Below, piece by piece: positions 8,283-18,310 of a stretch of DNA of 64,000 nucleotides (the first letter of the stretch is position 1; the number at the start of each line of letters is the position of its first letter). The stretch lies in contig JAHJTG010000005.1 of assembly GCA_018829965.1 (NCBI GenBank), positions 49,558 to 113,557 on the forward strand. Direction: 5' to 3'. The notes beneath the pieces are model-generated. The model searched no databases. It was not told the origin of the DNA and saw only the letters and a program-made list of their open reading frames with translations. The position numbers and the translations under genes are program-made. This stretch comes from Patescibacteria group bacterium. GTDB lineage: Bacteria > Patescibacteriota > Minisyncoccia > Minisyncoccales > Staskawiczbacteraceae.

Positions 8283-10487
8283 CTACACTTTTTCCCATTC
8301 ATCGCTCTCATCATTTCCCTCCATATCACCAGTCCCCTCTGGCGGCTGCTCAATCGTAATATCAGTTTTTTCACCAAAAACTTCTCTTGACTTTGCTCCA
8401 TCTGCGGGCCCCACTATTCCTCTTTCTTCCAACGTATCAATAAGTCGGGCTGCCCTAGCGTATCCGATTTTTAGTCTTCTTTGTAAAAATGATGCGGAGG
8501 CTTTTTTGGTTTCTAAAATTATACGCTTACTCTCTTCAAACAAAGGGTCATTCTGGTCAAAAACCATTTTACCAGCTTCTCTTTCTTCCGAAGCCTCTAA
8601 TTGATCCTGTAAACTCTGCGCAAGAAATGATGCCGTAGAATTATCTGTTTTCCCATTTTGTTTCCCAATAAATTCAGCAACTTTTCTAACATCTTCCTCT
8701 GGGACATAAGGTCCCTGAAGCCTTCTTGGCCTTATGGATTTAGCAGAAACAAAAAGCATATCTCCCGAACCCAATAATTTTTCTGCGCCACCCATATCTA
8801 AAACAGTTCTTGAATCAATTTGCGAAGCAACTTGGAAAGTTGCTCTTGAAGAAACATTAGCCTTAATTAAACCCGTTATAACCTCTACTGAAGGCCTTTG
8901 AGTGGCTAAAACTAAGTGTATGCCCGTAGCTCTTGCCATTTGGGCTAATCTTACAACTCCTGCCTCTATTTCCCTACCCTTTGATGCCATTAAATCTGCC
9001 AGCTCGTCAATAATTAAAACTATATATGGTAAAGTACGGCCTTCGGCGATTACTATTTTGTTTTTATTATAGGTATCAAGATTACGAGTTGGCACTTCAG
9101 AGAATACCTCAAATCTTCTTTCCATTTCTTTAACCAACCAGTTTAAGGCGTTTATGGTTTTATTGGCATCATATATAACCGGACATAGAAGGTGCGGCAG
9201 ATGATTATAGTGTTGGAATTCAACTCGTTTAGGGTCAACCATAATTATCCTCAAGTCTTTCGGAGAATTTTTGTATAATAAACTAAGAATTAAACTATTC
9301 AAGAATATTGTTTTTCCTGTGCCAGTGGACCCTGCCACCAAAAGATGGGGCATTTCTGCCATATCAGCATATGTTGCGATGCCAGATACATTACGGCCTA
9401 AAACAAATAAAAGCGGAGATATTGAATTTTGAAAAGAGGGGTCGGCGATTAAATTTCTTAAAGAAACAATTGACCTTACTTTGTTAGGCACCTCAATGCC
9501 AACCAATGATTTCCCAGGTATCGGAGCTTCAATCCTGATTGGATGAGCAGCCAAAGCAAGAGACAAATTATTAGTTAAAGTAGTAATTTTAGAAAGCTTT
9601 ACCCCTTCTGCCGGCTTGAAAGCATATTGGGTAACGGTAGGGCCCACATTAGCTTCTACCATTTCAACTGAAATACCGAAATTTTCTAAAGTTTTTTGGA
9701 TTATTATTGAATTTTGCTTTATGTTTCCGCTGGTTGGACTTCCCTCATTTTTAGAAAGCAAATCAATCGGCGGCAAAATATACTGCTCTTTATTTTTTGA
9801 TAATTTTTTATTATTTGTTTTTAGTTCTTCGTTTTTAGCGTTTTTAAATAAAGATATCTTCGGTTGAGCATCTGGGCTTACTTTATTTTCTTCTTCAATC
9901 TCTTTTATTTTAAGCGATGTTAGTTTTTTGAATTTCGTAATTCTTGAAAGCAGAGATGGTTTCTCTTCTTTCTCTTCTTCTGATATTTTTTTAAGATGCC
10001 AAAGAGATTGAAAAAATATTACAAGGCCAATAACAATTACTGCGCCAAAAACTATATTAGCTACTAATAAACCGAACGAACTAACTATTATTTGCGCCAT
10101 CAAATACCCCAACCAACCGCCCTCTTTTAGGTTTAGATTTTGAGAACCTAAAACTCCTGCTATTCCAAAAATTAAAACAAAAATACCCAAAAATGTAGGT
10201 ATTAATTTTCCTCTATGCTTTGGTTTCAAAAATATTAGACCGCTTAAAAGAAAAAGAAAGGGTATAGTAAATACTGTCTGGCCGATTAGAAATTTAGCTC
10301 CTTTTAAAAATAACTCACCACCCCTGCCTGCCTTATCTAAAAAGCTCAGACTGACAATTACTGCCACTAAAAACATTATAGTGGCTTTAATCCACCTTTT
10401 GGTCCGAGAATTTAAAAGAGGAGCTTTTATTTTTTCCTCTTTTTTCTGTAATTTTTGGTTGTTTTTATTCTTTTTATCCTTAGCCAT
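8283..10487 (-). CDS. ftsK: DNA translocase FtsK/SpoIIIE
   Basis: 734 aa with N-terminal TM segments and a motor domain carrying Walker A GSTGTGKT. Confidence 0.9.
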   Translation of the reverse strand: MAKDKKNKNNQKLQKKEEKIKAPLLNSRTKRWIKATIMFLVAVIVSLSFLDKAGRGGELFLKGAKFLIGQTVFTIPFLFLLSGLIFLKPKHRGKLIPTFLGIFVLIFGIAGVLGSQNLNLKEGGWLGYLMAQIIVSSFGLLVANIVFGAVIVIGLVIFFQSLWHLKKISEEEKEEKPSLLSRITKFKKLTSLKIKEIEEENKVSPDAQPKISLFKNAKNEELKTNNKKLSKNKEQYILPPIDLLSKNEGSPTSGNIKQNSIIIQKTLENFGISVEMVEANVGPTVTQYAFKPAEGVKLSKITTLTNNLSLALAAHPIRIEAPIPGKSLVGIEVPNKVRSIVSLRNLIADPSFQNSISPLLFVLGRNVSGIATYADMAEMPHLLVAGSTGTGKTIFLNSLILSLLYKNSPKDLRIIMVDPKRVEFQHYNHLPHLLCPVIYDANKTINALNWLVKEMERRFEVFSEVPTRNLDTYNKNKIVIAEGRTLPYIVLIIDELADLMASKGREIEAGVVRLAQMARATGIHLVLATQRPSVEVITGLIKANVSSRATFQVASQIDSRTVLDMGGAEKLLGSGDMLFVSAKSIRPRRLQGPYVPEEDVRKVAEFIGKQNGKTDNSTASFLAQSLQDQLEASEEREAGKMVFDQNDPLFEESKRIILETKKASASFLQRRLKIGYARAARLIDTLEERGIVGPADGAKSREVFGEKTDITIEQPPEGTGDMEGNDESDEWEKV

Positions 10488-10568
10488 TTTTTATATAATT
10501 ATACCATATTCTTATCCCGTTGAAAGCTCTAACATCAGAACCTTACTTCATAAATCCGTAAACAAATT

Positions 10569-10898
10569 TTAGGCAAACTTCCCCAATAATATTAAAGACG
10601 CTATGGCTCCTATAATCCCAATCATCTCGTAAATATTTATTGGTTCCTTAAAATAGAATGTTCCAATAATAACTAAAAATAGTATTGTTGAAACTGCGTA
10701 AAAAACACCAAGCGTTGCTAATTTTATATTTTTCATCACAAAAAACCAACCGAAGGCTGTTGATGCATAAATCAAAAAGCCAACAATAAACCACCTTAAC
10801 TCAATAAATCTCTTTCCCTCTCCAGCAAGATTTATAAAAAAATCTCCTACTACTCCTATTAACGCTAAAACTATTGCGCCTATTAAATAAATTAATTT
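10569..10898 (-). CDS. small multidrug-resistance (SMR/EmrE-like) four-TM membrane protein; start codon uncertain
   Basis: The tracked 68-aa ORF extends upstream in frame (…IGAIVLALIGVVGDFFINLAGEGKRFIELRWFIVGFLIYASTAFGW…) to about 110 aa with four hydrophobic helices. No ATG is present, so a non-ATG start is likely. Confidence 0.4.
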   Translation of the reverse strand, partial: KLIYLIGAIVLALIGVVGDFFINLAGEGKRFIELRWFIVGFLIYASTAFGWFFVMKNIKLATLGVFYAVSTILFLVIIGTFYFKEPINIYEMIGIIGAIASLILLGKFA

Positions 10899-11087
10899 CG
10901 CAATAAATATTACTTTATTCTATCAAAAAATCGCTCGGCACGGAAGCACATATAATTTAATACCCCATCCTTTTGGGATGAGGCATTATTCTACTTTCTA
11001 TTTTCCCTGCCCGCATTGCTACGCCAGCCCGCAGTAGATACAGCGTTTCTGGCGGGCAAAGCGTTGCAGGCGAGTACTTTCTATTTT

Positions 11088-14000
11088 CTACTTCTTTAAA
11101 ATAAACCCTGTTCCAACCGGAATAAGCTTGCCGATAATTACATTCTCTTTTAACCCGCGGAGCTTGTCTTCTTTCCCTTCCAAAGCCGCCTTGATTAAGA
11201 CACGTGAAGTTTGTTGAAAAGAAGCAGCTGATAAGAAGCTCTCTGACGCCAAAGCCACCTCGGAAATACCGAGCAACATTTGTCGGCCGATAAGAGCTTT
11301 CTTGTTATGTTTCTTTAAATAATCGTTTTCTTCTGCAAAAGTTGCTCCGTCAATAATTTCACCTTTCATCCATTCGCTATCTCCTTCTTCTTTTACTTTC
11401 ATACGAGAAAACATTTTTTGAATAATCATTTCAATATGCTTATCGTGGATATCTACTCCTTGAGAAGAATATATTTTTTGAACTTCTTTTATAATATAAC
11501 GCTGCGCCTCTTCTGCTCCGACTGACTTGTATAATTTTTTGAGATCCAAACTCCCTCCACATAAAGGCTGACTCTCGTAAACCATATCTCCTTGCCTGAC
11601 TAAAATAGCGACTCTGCCAGGAATTTTATACTCCACCACATCTTTCTTTCCGGCAGATTTCTTGCCGCTTGATTCAATTTTAACAATCCTATTCTCTTCA
11701 TCAACTTTCGAAACTTTGCCTTCGGTTAAAGACATTACTGCCTCGCCTTTTGGAACTCTAGCTTCAAAGATTTCTTCTACTCTAGGCAAACCTTGAGTAA
11801 TATCACCTGCTCCAGCAACACCGCCTAAATGATGGGTTCTTAAAGTTAATTGCGTTCCAGGTTCACCAATTGCTTGAGCTGCAACTACTCCCACTGCTTC
11901 TCCTAAATTCACTAATTTATTCCTGCCAAGGTCCCAACCATAGCAATGCCGACAAAATCCTCTTAGAGTTTTACAGGTTAAGGGAGTACGAACTGCTACT
12001 TTTTCAATTTTCTCTTTGTCTATTATATCTGCCTTTTTCCAATCAATAATTTCTCCTTTTTTAACTATAATAGTATTGCCTTTTTTGATATCTTCTACGA
12101 CAACGCGCCCTACTATTTTAAAAGTGAATTTTTGTTCTATGTCATCGGCATCTTTTCTTAAAATAACTGTGCCCTTTTTATCTTTACAATCTTCCTCAGT
12201 AATTATCATATCGTGAGCAACATCAACTAAACGACGAGTCAAATATCCTGCTGAAGAAGTTCTTAAAGCAGTATCTGCCGTACCTTTTCTAGCGCCATGA
12301 GTTGAAATAAAATATTCCAAAACATTAAACCCTTCCGTAAAAGAAGACTTTACCGGCAATTCAATAATATCGCCTGCCGGATTATTAACCAAACCTTTCA
12401 TACCAGCCATTTGAACCGGTTGAGCCCAAGTACCGCGAGCCCCTGCGCTGATTATGGACATAACCGAACCGTCTTGAGGCAATGTTTCTTTTAACAAAAC
12501 CTCTAATCTTGATTTAACTGTCTGCCAGATAAGAATAATTTGAGCTGTTTTTTCTTCCTTTGAAAGAAGGCCTTTTTTATAATAACTATTAATTTTTTCT
12601 ACTTCTTTTTCAGCACCGTCCATTAATTTTCCTTTTTGAGGCGGAACTATTAAATCATCCATTCCCCAACTAAAGCTTGCCAAAGTTGAATATTCAAATC
12701 CCAAATTTTTTATTTTATCTAAAATATTTACGCATTCTTCGTTTGAGTAATTGTTAACAAACTCACGAACAAGATTTTTTAATCCCTTGTTATCAATTAA
12801 TTTATTTACATATTCATGGTCTGCCGGCAAGCTCATATTTAAAATAAGCCTTCCAACACTTGTTTCAATCATTTCCTTATTTTTAGACTTAGGGTTAGGA
12901 ACTTTTATTTTTTCTTGTAGTTTTATAAAACCAGAGTCATAAGCAATAATAGCTTCTGAAACGCTGGACAATACTCTAATTTGTTTTTCATCTATTTTTA
13001 TTTTATCCGCTTCTTTCATCGTATCCTCTTTCATTTTTGTAAGAGAATAACATCCCAAGGCAATATCACGAAACGGCCCCATTATAGGTAAACCAGTAGC
13101 TGGTCTTAAAAGATTGGACTGCGAGAACATAATTTCCCTTGCTTCTTTTTGCGCTTCATCTGACAATGGCAAATAAACCGCCATTTGATCTCCATCAAAA
13201 TCAGCATTAAATGCCTCACAAACCAAAGGATTAATCCTTATAGTTTCTCCTTCAATTAAAACTGGCTGGAACGCCTGAATACCTAATCTATGAAGGGTTG
13301 GCGCGCGGTTTAATAAAACTAATTTATTCTGAATCACTTCTTCTAAAATAGCCCAAACTTCGGATGTTTTATCTTCAATTAATCTGGTTGCGCCTCTGAT
13401 ATTATAGGCTAATTCTTTGTCTAAAATTCTTTTAATAACAAAGGGTTTAAAAATTTCTAAAGCCATATTTTTTGGTAAACCGCATTGATAGAACTTAAGA
13501 TTTGGCCCAACAGTAATAACTGATCTTCCTGAATAATCCACGCGTTTGCCCAAAAGATTTTGGCGGAATCTACCTTGTTTTCCAGCCAACATCGCCGCTA
13601 AAGACTTTAAAAGCCTTTTTCCTCCTGTTGTTGCGGTAGTAGTTACGCCTTTTCTCATTTCATTATCAATCAAAGCATCTACTGCTTCCTGTAACATTCT
13701 TTTCTCATTTCTGACAATAACGCTTGGAGCTAAAATTTCTAAAAGATATTTTAAACGATTGTTTCTATTAATTACTCTGCGGTATAAATCATTAAGGTCT
13801 GAAGAGGCATATCTGCCACCATCTAATTGAACCATTGGCCTTAAATCAGGAGGCAAAACCGGCAAGACTGTTAAAAACATCCACGCTGGTTTAATATCAG
13901 CTTTTATCATTCCTTGAAAAAGTTTTAATCTTCTTAAAATTCGTTTTCTGTTAGCTGGCTCTAAGGTTTTGCTTTCTTTTATAAGTTCTTCTGTCGCTTT

Positions 14001-14672
14001 CTTTAAATCAATCCCTTCAAAAATTGCTCGGATGGTTTCAGCGCCGGTTCCTGCTTCAAAAATTTCTCCGTATTTTAAAGATAATTCATGATAAACAACT
14101 TCTGATAAAATTCTTAAAAGCTTGATCTCCATAACTTCCTCTCTTGCCTTATCCATGGCCTGTTTTAATTCTTGTTTTACGGCAGCAGAAGCTCCTTTAG
14201 CTTTTCTTTTATATTCTTGTTCTACATCTTCTAAAATTTTCTTTCTCGCATCTTCGTTGACCTTAGTAATAATATATGAAGAAAAATAAATAACTTTTTC
14301 TAATTGTTGGGAAGATTTATTTAAAACTAACCCCATTCTTGAAGGAACCCCCCTTAAGAACCAGATGTGGGAAACCGGAGCAGCTAATTTAATATGCCCC
14401 ATTCTTTCCCTTCTGACTTGAGATTTAGTGACCTCAACCCCACAACGATCACAAACCACACCTTTATAACGAATGCGTTTATATTTTCCGCAAGCGCATT
14501 CATAATCTTTTTCAGGACCGAAAATCTGCTCTCCAAAGAGACCATCTTTTTCCGGCTTTTGCGTTCTATAATTAATCGTTTCCGGCCTTATTACTTCTCC
14601 GTGACTCCATGATAGAATTTCTTCCGGAGAAGCGATTTTTATTCTGATTGCTTCAAGGTCTAATACACGCAT
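11088..14672 (-). CDS. rpoC: DNA-directed RNA polymerase subunit beta'
   Basis: 1194 aa with the NADFDGDQMAV catalytic motif and an N-terminal zinc-binding cysteine cluster. Confidence 0.97.
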   Translation of the reverse strand: MRVLDLEAIRIKIASPEEILSWSHGEVIRPETINYRTQKPEKDGLFGEQIFGPEKDYECACGKYKRIRYKGVVCDRCGVEVTKSQVRRERMGHIKLAAPVSHIWFLRGVPSRMGLVLNKSSQQLEKVIYFSSYIITKVNEDARKKILEDVEQEYKRKAKGASAAVKQELKQAMDKAREEVMEIKLLRILSEVVYHELSLKYGEIFEAGTGAETIRAIFEGIDLKKATEELIKESKTLEPANRKRILRRLKLFQGMIKADIKPAWMFLTVLPVLPPDLRPMVQLDGGRYASSDLNDLYRRVINRNNRLKYLLEILAPSVIVRNEKRMLQEAVDALIDNEMRKGVTTTATTGGKRLLKSLAAMLAGKQGRFRQNLLGKRVDYSGRSVITVGPNLKFYQCGLPKNMALEIFKPFVIKRILDKELAYNIRGATRLIEDKTSEVWAILEEVIQNKLVLLNRAPTLHRLGIQAFQPVLIEGETIRINPLVCEAFNADFDGDQMAVYLPLSDEAQKEAREIMFSQSNLLRPATGLPIMGPFRDIALGCYSLTKMKEDTMKEADKIKIDEKQIRVLSSVSEAIIAYDSGFIKLQEKIKVPNPKSKNKEMIETSVGRLILNMSLPADHEYVNKLIDNKGLKNLVREFVNNYSNEECVNILDKIKNLGFEYSTLASFSWGMDDLIVPPQKGKLMDGAEKEVEKINSYYKKGLLSKEEKTAQIILIWQTVKSRLEVLLKETLPQDGSVMSIISAGARGTWAQPVQMAGMKGLVNNPAGDIIELPVKSSFTEGFNVLEYFISTHGARKGTADTALRTSSAGYLTRRLVDVAHDMIITEEDCKDKKGTVILRKDADDIEQKFTFKIVGRVVVEDIKKGNTIIVKKGEIIDWKKADIIDKEKIEKVAVRTPLTCKTLRGFCRHCYGWDLGRNKLVNLGEAVGVVAAQAIGEPGTQLTLRTHHLGGVAGAGDITQGLPRVEEIFEARVPKGEAVMSLTEGKVSKVDEENRIVKIESSGKKSAGKKDVVEYKIPGRVAILVRQGDMVYESQPLCGGSLDLKKLYKSVGAEEAQRYIIKEVQKIYSSQGVDIHDKHIEMIIQKMFSRMKVKEEGDSEWMKGEIIDGATFAEENDYLKKHNKKALIGRQMLLGISEVALASESFLSAASFQQTSRVLIKAALEGKEDKLRGLKENVIIGKLIPVGTGFILKK

Positions 14673-14718
14673 GGGATTATTATTTATTATTTAGGGTTTA
14701 GTATTTAGGGTTTAGGGT

Positions 14719-17700
14719 TTAGGGTTTATGGTCTCTACGAATTTTTTCTTTAACTTCAACGCTTAAACCTATTGATTTTAATTCAGCCAACAAAAGGTTA
14801 AAAGATGCGGGAATATTTGGGTTCTTGATTGGTTCTCCTCTTAGAATTGATTCATAGGCTGATGCCCTTCCAATGACATCATCTGATTTAATAGTAAGCA
14901 TTTCTTGCAAAATATGAGCTGCACCATATCCTTCTATTGCCCAAACTTCCATTTCTCCAAATCTCTGACCGCCAAATTGAGCTTTACCCCCTAAAGGTTG
15001 TTGTGTAATCAAAGAATAAGGACCAATAGAACGGGCGTGGATTTTGTCGTCAACCATATGGATAAGTTTCATTACATACATATATCCAACAGTAATTAAT
15101 CTTGGAAAAGGCAGACCAGTTCTTCCATCGTATAAAATTGTTTGTCCTGATTCAGGGAGACCCGCTCTTTTAAGTTCTCCTTTAATATCAGCTTCGTTAG
15201 CGCCAAGCAAAGCTGGCGAAATTGCAAGATAATTTAATTTATGGGCTGCCCAGCCTAAATGGGTTTCAAGAATTTGACCCAAATTCATTCTCGATGGTAC
15301 CGAAAGAGGGCTTAAAACTATTTCAACTGGAGTACCATCGGCCAAAAATGGCATCTCTTCTTGGGGAAGAACTCTTGAAATAACTCCTTTATTGCCGTGA
15401 CGGCCGACTAATTTATCACCAACCTTAACTTTTCTTATTTCAGCAACTTCAACTTGGATTCTTTTTATTACTCCCGGCTCTAGTTTATGGCCTAAATCTC
15501 TTGAAAAGATTTTAACATTAATCACTTTACCTTTTTTGCCATGCTCCATTCTCAAAGAAGCATCTTTAACGTCTTTAGCTTTGTCCCCAAAAATTGCCCT
15601 GAGTAATCTTTCTTCTGGAGTTAATTCTGCCTCCCCTTTTGGTGAAATTTTACCGACTAAAATATCGTTTGGCCCAACTTCTGCCCCAATTCTAATTACT
15701 CCTTCTTCATCTAAGTCTTTTAATTTATCTTCGCCGACATTAGGAATATCACAAGTAGTAACTTCGGGCCCTAATTTTGTTTCTCTTACATCGCAAGTAA
15801 ATTCCTCAATATGAATAGAGGTAAAAAAATCCTCTTTAACCAATTTTTCAGAAATAATAATTGAATCTTCAAATCCTCCACCGCGCCAGCACATAAAAGC
15901 GACTAAAACATTTCTTCCCAAAGCTAGTCTTCCATTTGAGATAGAAGCCCCATCGTTTAAAACATCTCCCTTTTTAAATTGAGCTCCCTTTTTTACTGCT
16001 GGTTTTTGATGGAAGCAAGTATATTGATTCGTTCTAACAAAAGTTTGAAAATCATATTCTTCAGTTTTCTTCTGCCCGCCTATTTCTAATTCTATTTTAA
16101 TAGAATTGGCATCTACTTCTTTAACTTTTCCTGCCCCCTTTGCCACTATTGCTTGACCAGAATCTCGAGCTATATTCCTTTCAACTCCAGTGCCGATTAA
16201 AGGCGGCTCTGGAAATATCAAGGGCACTGCTTGACGCTGCATATTTGAACCCATAAGGGCCCTTGAAGCATCGTCGTTTTGCAAAAACGGAATTAAAGAA
16301 GTGGCAATACTAATGAATTGCTTTGAAGAAACATCTATATAATTTACTTTTGAAATTTCGACTTCAGCTGGTTCTCCCTTTACCCTTGCCTCAACTTTAT
16401 TTGGCAGAATTTCTGGGAGTATTTTCCCTTTTTCATCAATAGGAACCGAAGCTGGAGCAATTATATATTTTTCTTCTTCTTGGGCAGTAAGATAACAAGC
16501 TTCATCAGTCACTCTCCCATCTTTAACTTTGAAATAAGGAGTTTCAATAAAACCATATGGATTTACTCTGGCAAAAGAAGCTAAGTGCCCAACTAAACCT
16601 ACGTTAGGGCCTTCTGGCGTTTGTATCGGGCAAATTCTTCCATAATGAGATGGCTGTACGTCTCTAACCTCAAAACCCGCTCTTTCTCTTGTTAAGCCAC
16701 CAGGACCAGTTGTTGTTAATCTTCTTTTATGTTCCAACTCGGCCAATGGATTTTCATTATCCATAAATTGGGAAAACTGGGAAGAAGTATAAAATTCTTT
16801 AATAACAGCCATAAATGGTCTTGGATTTATGACTTGATTGGGCGTAATAGTCGATGGATCTAAGGTAGACATTTTATCTTTAATAATCCTTTCCATACGC
16901 ATTAAACCAACCCTTAGCCTATTTTGTAAAAGTTCGGCCATTGTCCTTACTCTTCTATTTCCCAAATGGTCTACCTGGTCAGGAGTTGCATTCGGGTCAT
17001 TATTCAATCTGATAATTTCTTTTATGACTTCGGACAAATCTTCGATTTTTAAAGTCCTATCTTCTTTAGTGACTTCTTTGTCTACATTTGCATCAGTTAT
17101 GCGGGCAGGTTTTTTTGCCGGCGCAATATCCGGGAGCCTTTGCCATGTTTTCCAACGGCCTACTTTAGACAAATCATATCTGTCAAAATTAAAAAACATA
17201 TTAAAAATCAAATCTTGAGCAGTGTCGGGAGTAACTAAATCTCCAGGCCTCAATCTTCTATAAATTTCTACCAATGCTTCTTTTTGGTCAGCGCAAGTTT
17301 CCCTTTTTAAAGTTTCTTGAATGTATTTAATTTCTCCGTTATCTATTTTTTCAAATTCTTTTTTAATTTTTTCTATATTTTCTAAACCCAAAGCCATCAA
17401 TAAAGTTGTTGCCGGAACTTTTCTTTTGCGGTTAATTTTAACTCCGATAAATCCCGATTCTTCTGTTTCAAATTCTAACCAAGCTCCGCGATTAGGAATT
17501 ATTTTTGCTCCAAAATGTTTTTTACCGCGAATACTTTTCGCAGTAAAAAACGCTCCGGGAGAACGAATAAGTTGAGAAATAACCACCCTTTCTACTCCGT
17601 TTAAAACAAAAGTGCCCCTTTCGGTCATAAGAGGAAAATCAGCGAGAAATACTTCTTGTTCTTTTATTTCTTTGGTTTTAAGATTAACTAATTTAATTTT

Positions 17701-17970
17701 AACTCTTAATGGAGCCTCTAAAGAATCGTTATTCTTTTTAGCCTCTAGGCCGTTCTTATAATTTTGTTTATCTAATTTATAGTCCGAAAACCAAAGCTGA
17801 AATTCCTTTCCAGTATAATCTGTGATTGGAGATATTTCTTCAAAAAGCTCTTTTATTCTTACGTCCCAAAAATCGTTCCAGACTTGTTTTTGTAAATTTA
17901 ACAAATTAGGAAGCGAAAAAACAAGCTTAGATTTAGAGAAATTTTTTATTTGGATAGAATCTTTCTCCAT
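14719..17970 (-). CDS. rpoB: DNA-directed RNA polymerase subunit beta
   Basis: 1083 aa, full-length beta-subunit-like sequence, in the conserved rpoB-rpoC order. Confidence 0.97.
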   Translation of the reverse strand: MEKDSIQIKNFSKSKLVFSLPNLLNLQKQVWNDFWDVRIKELFEEISPITDYTGKEFQLWFSDYKLDKQNYKNGLEAKKNNDSLEAPLRVKIKLVNLKTKEIKEQEVFLADFPLMTERGTFVLNGVERVVISQLIRSPGAFFTAKSIRGKKHFGAKIIPNRGAWLEFETEESGFIGVKINRKRKVPATTLLMALGLENIEKIKKEFEKIDNGEIKYIQETLKRETCADQKEALVEIYRRLRPGDLVTPDTAQDLIFNMFFNFDRYDLSKVGRWKTWQRLPDIAPAKKPARITDANVDKEVTKEDRTLKIEDLSEVIKEIIRLNNDPNATPDQVDHLGNRRVRTMAELLQNRLRVGLMRMERIIKDKMSTLDPSTITPNQVINPRPFMAVIKEFYTSSQFSQFMDNENPLAELEHKRRLTTTGPGGLTRERAGFEVRDVQPSHYGRICPIQTPEGPNVGLVGHLASFARVNPYGFIETPYFKVKDGRVTDEACYLTAQEEEKYIIAPASVPIDEKGKILPEILPNKVEARVKGEPAEVEISKVNYIDVSSKQFISIATSLIPFLQNDDASRALMGSNMQRQAVPLIFPEPPLIGTGVERNIARDSGQAIVAKGAGKVKEVDANSIKIELEIGGQKKTEEYDFQTFVRTNQYTCFHQKPAVKKGAQFKKGDVLNDGASISNGRLALGRNVLVAFMCWRGGGFEDSIIISEKLVKEDFFTSIHIEEFTCDVRETKLGPEVTTCDIPNVGEDKLKDLDEEGVIRIGAEVGPNDILVGKISPKGEAELTPEERLLRAIFGDKAKDVKDASLRMEHGKKGKVINVKIFSRDLGHKLEPGVIKRIQVEVAEIRKVKVGDKLVGRHGNKGVISRVLPQEEMPFLADGTPVEIVLSPLSVPSRMNLGQILETHLGWAAHKLNYLAISPALLGANEADIKGELKRAGLPESGQTILYDGRTGLPFPRLITVGYMYVMKLIHMVDDKIHARSIGPYSLITQQPLGGKAQFGGQRFGEMEVWAIEGYGAAHILQEMLTIKSDDVIGRASAYESILRGEPIKNPNIPASFNLLLAELKSIGLSVEVKEKIRRDHKP

Positions 17971-17971
17971 A

Positions 17972-18104
17972 CTCCGTTAGAAGTCCTCTACGAAAAAATT
18001 TTATTTTAAAATTTTTTCTAATCTTCGGGACAAGTTATTATTTAATATCTTCTTCTTTACCTCGATAAAAAATCTTGATTGCAATTGTCAGACTTCTAAC
18101 GGGG
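17972..18104. repeat. inverted pair of the 14-nt motif (CCGTTAGAAGTC … GACTTCTAACGGGG) flanking ~105 bp of AT-rich sequence upstream of rpoB
   Basis: Left copy at 17974-17985, right copy at 18091-18104. The interior is not conserved with the other loci. Confidence 0.5.
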
Positions 18105-18310
18105 CATATAAAACCACAAAAACCCTAAATACTTAGGGTATCTCCCGGCTCTACTTTTTAAAAAATTTGGAAGTTTTAAAAAGAGAACTATTTTTAGATA
18201 AGCAGGGTCGGGTATTTAATTTTAATTTATAATACTAACAAAAGATAAAGCACCTTTTTTTTGATACTATTCTATTATATTTATTTAAAGATTCTTGTCA
18301 ACCCCAAAGG

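Noticed and set aside
14690-14735. (TTTAGGG)x4, identical to the plant-type telomere repeat
   Set aside because: Coincidental resemblance; it is one instance of the genome-wide TTTAGG/AATCCTAAA heptamer family in a bacterial intergenic spacer.
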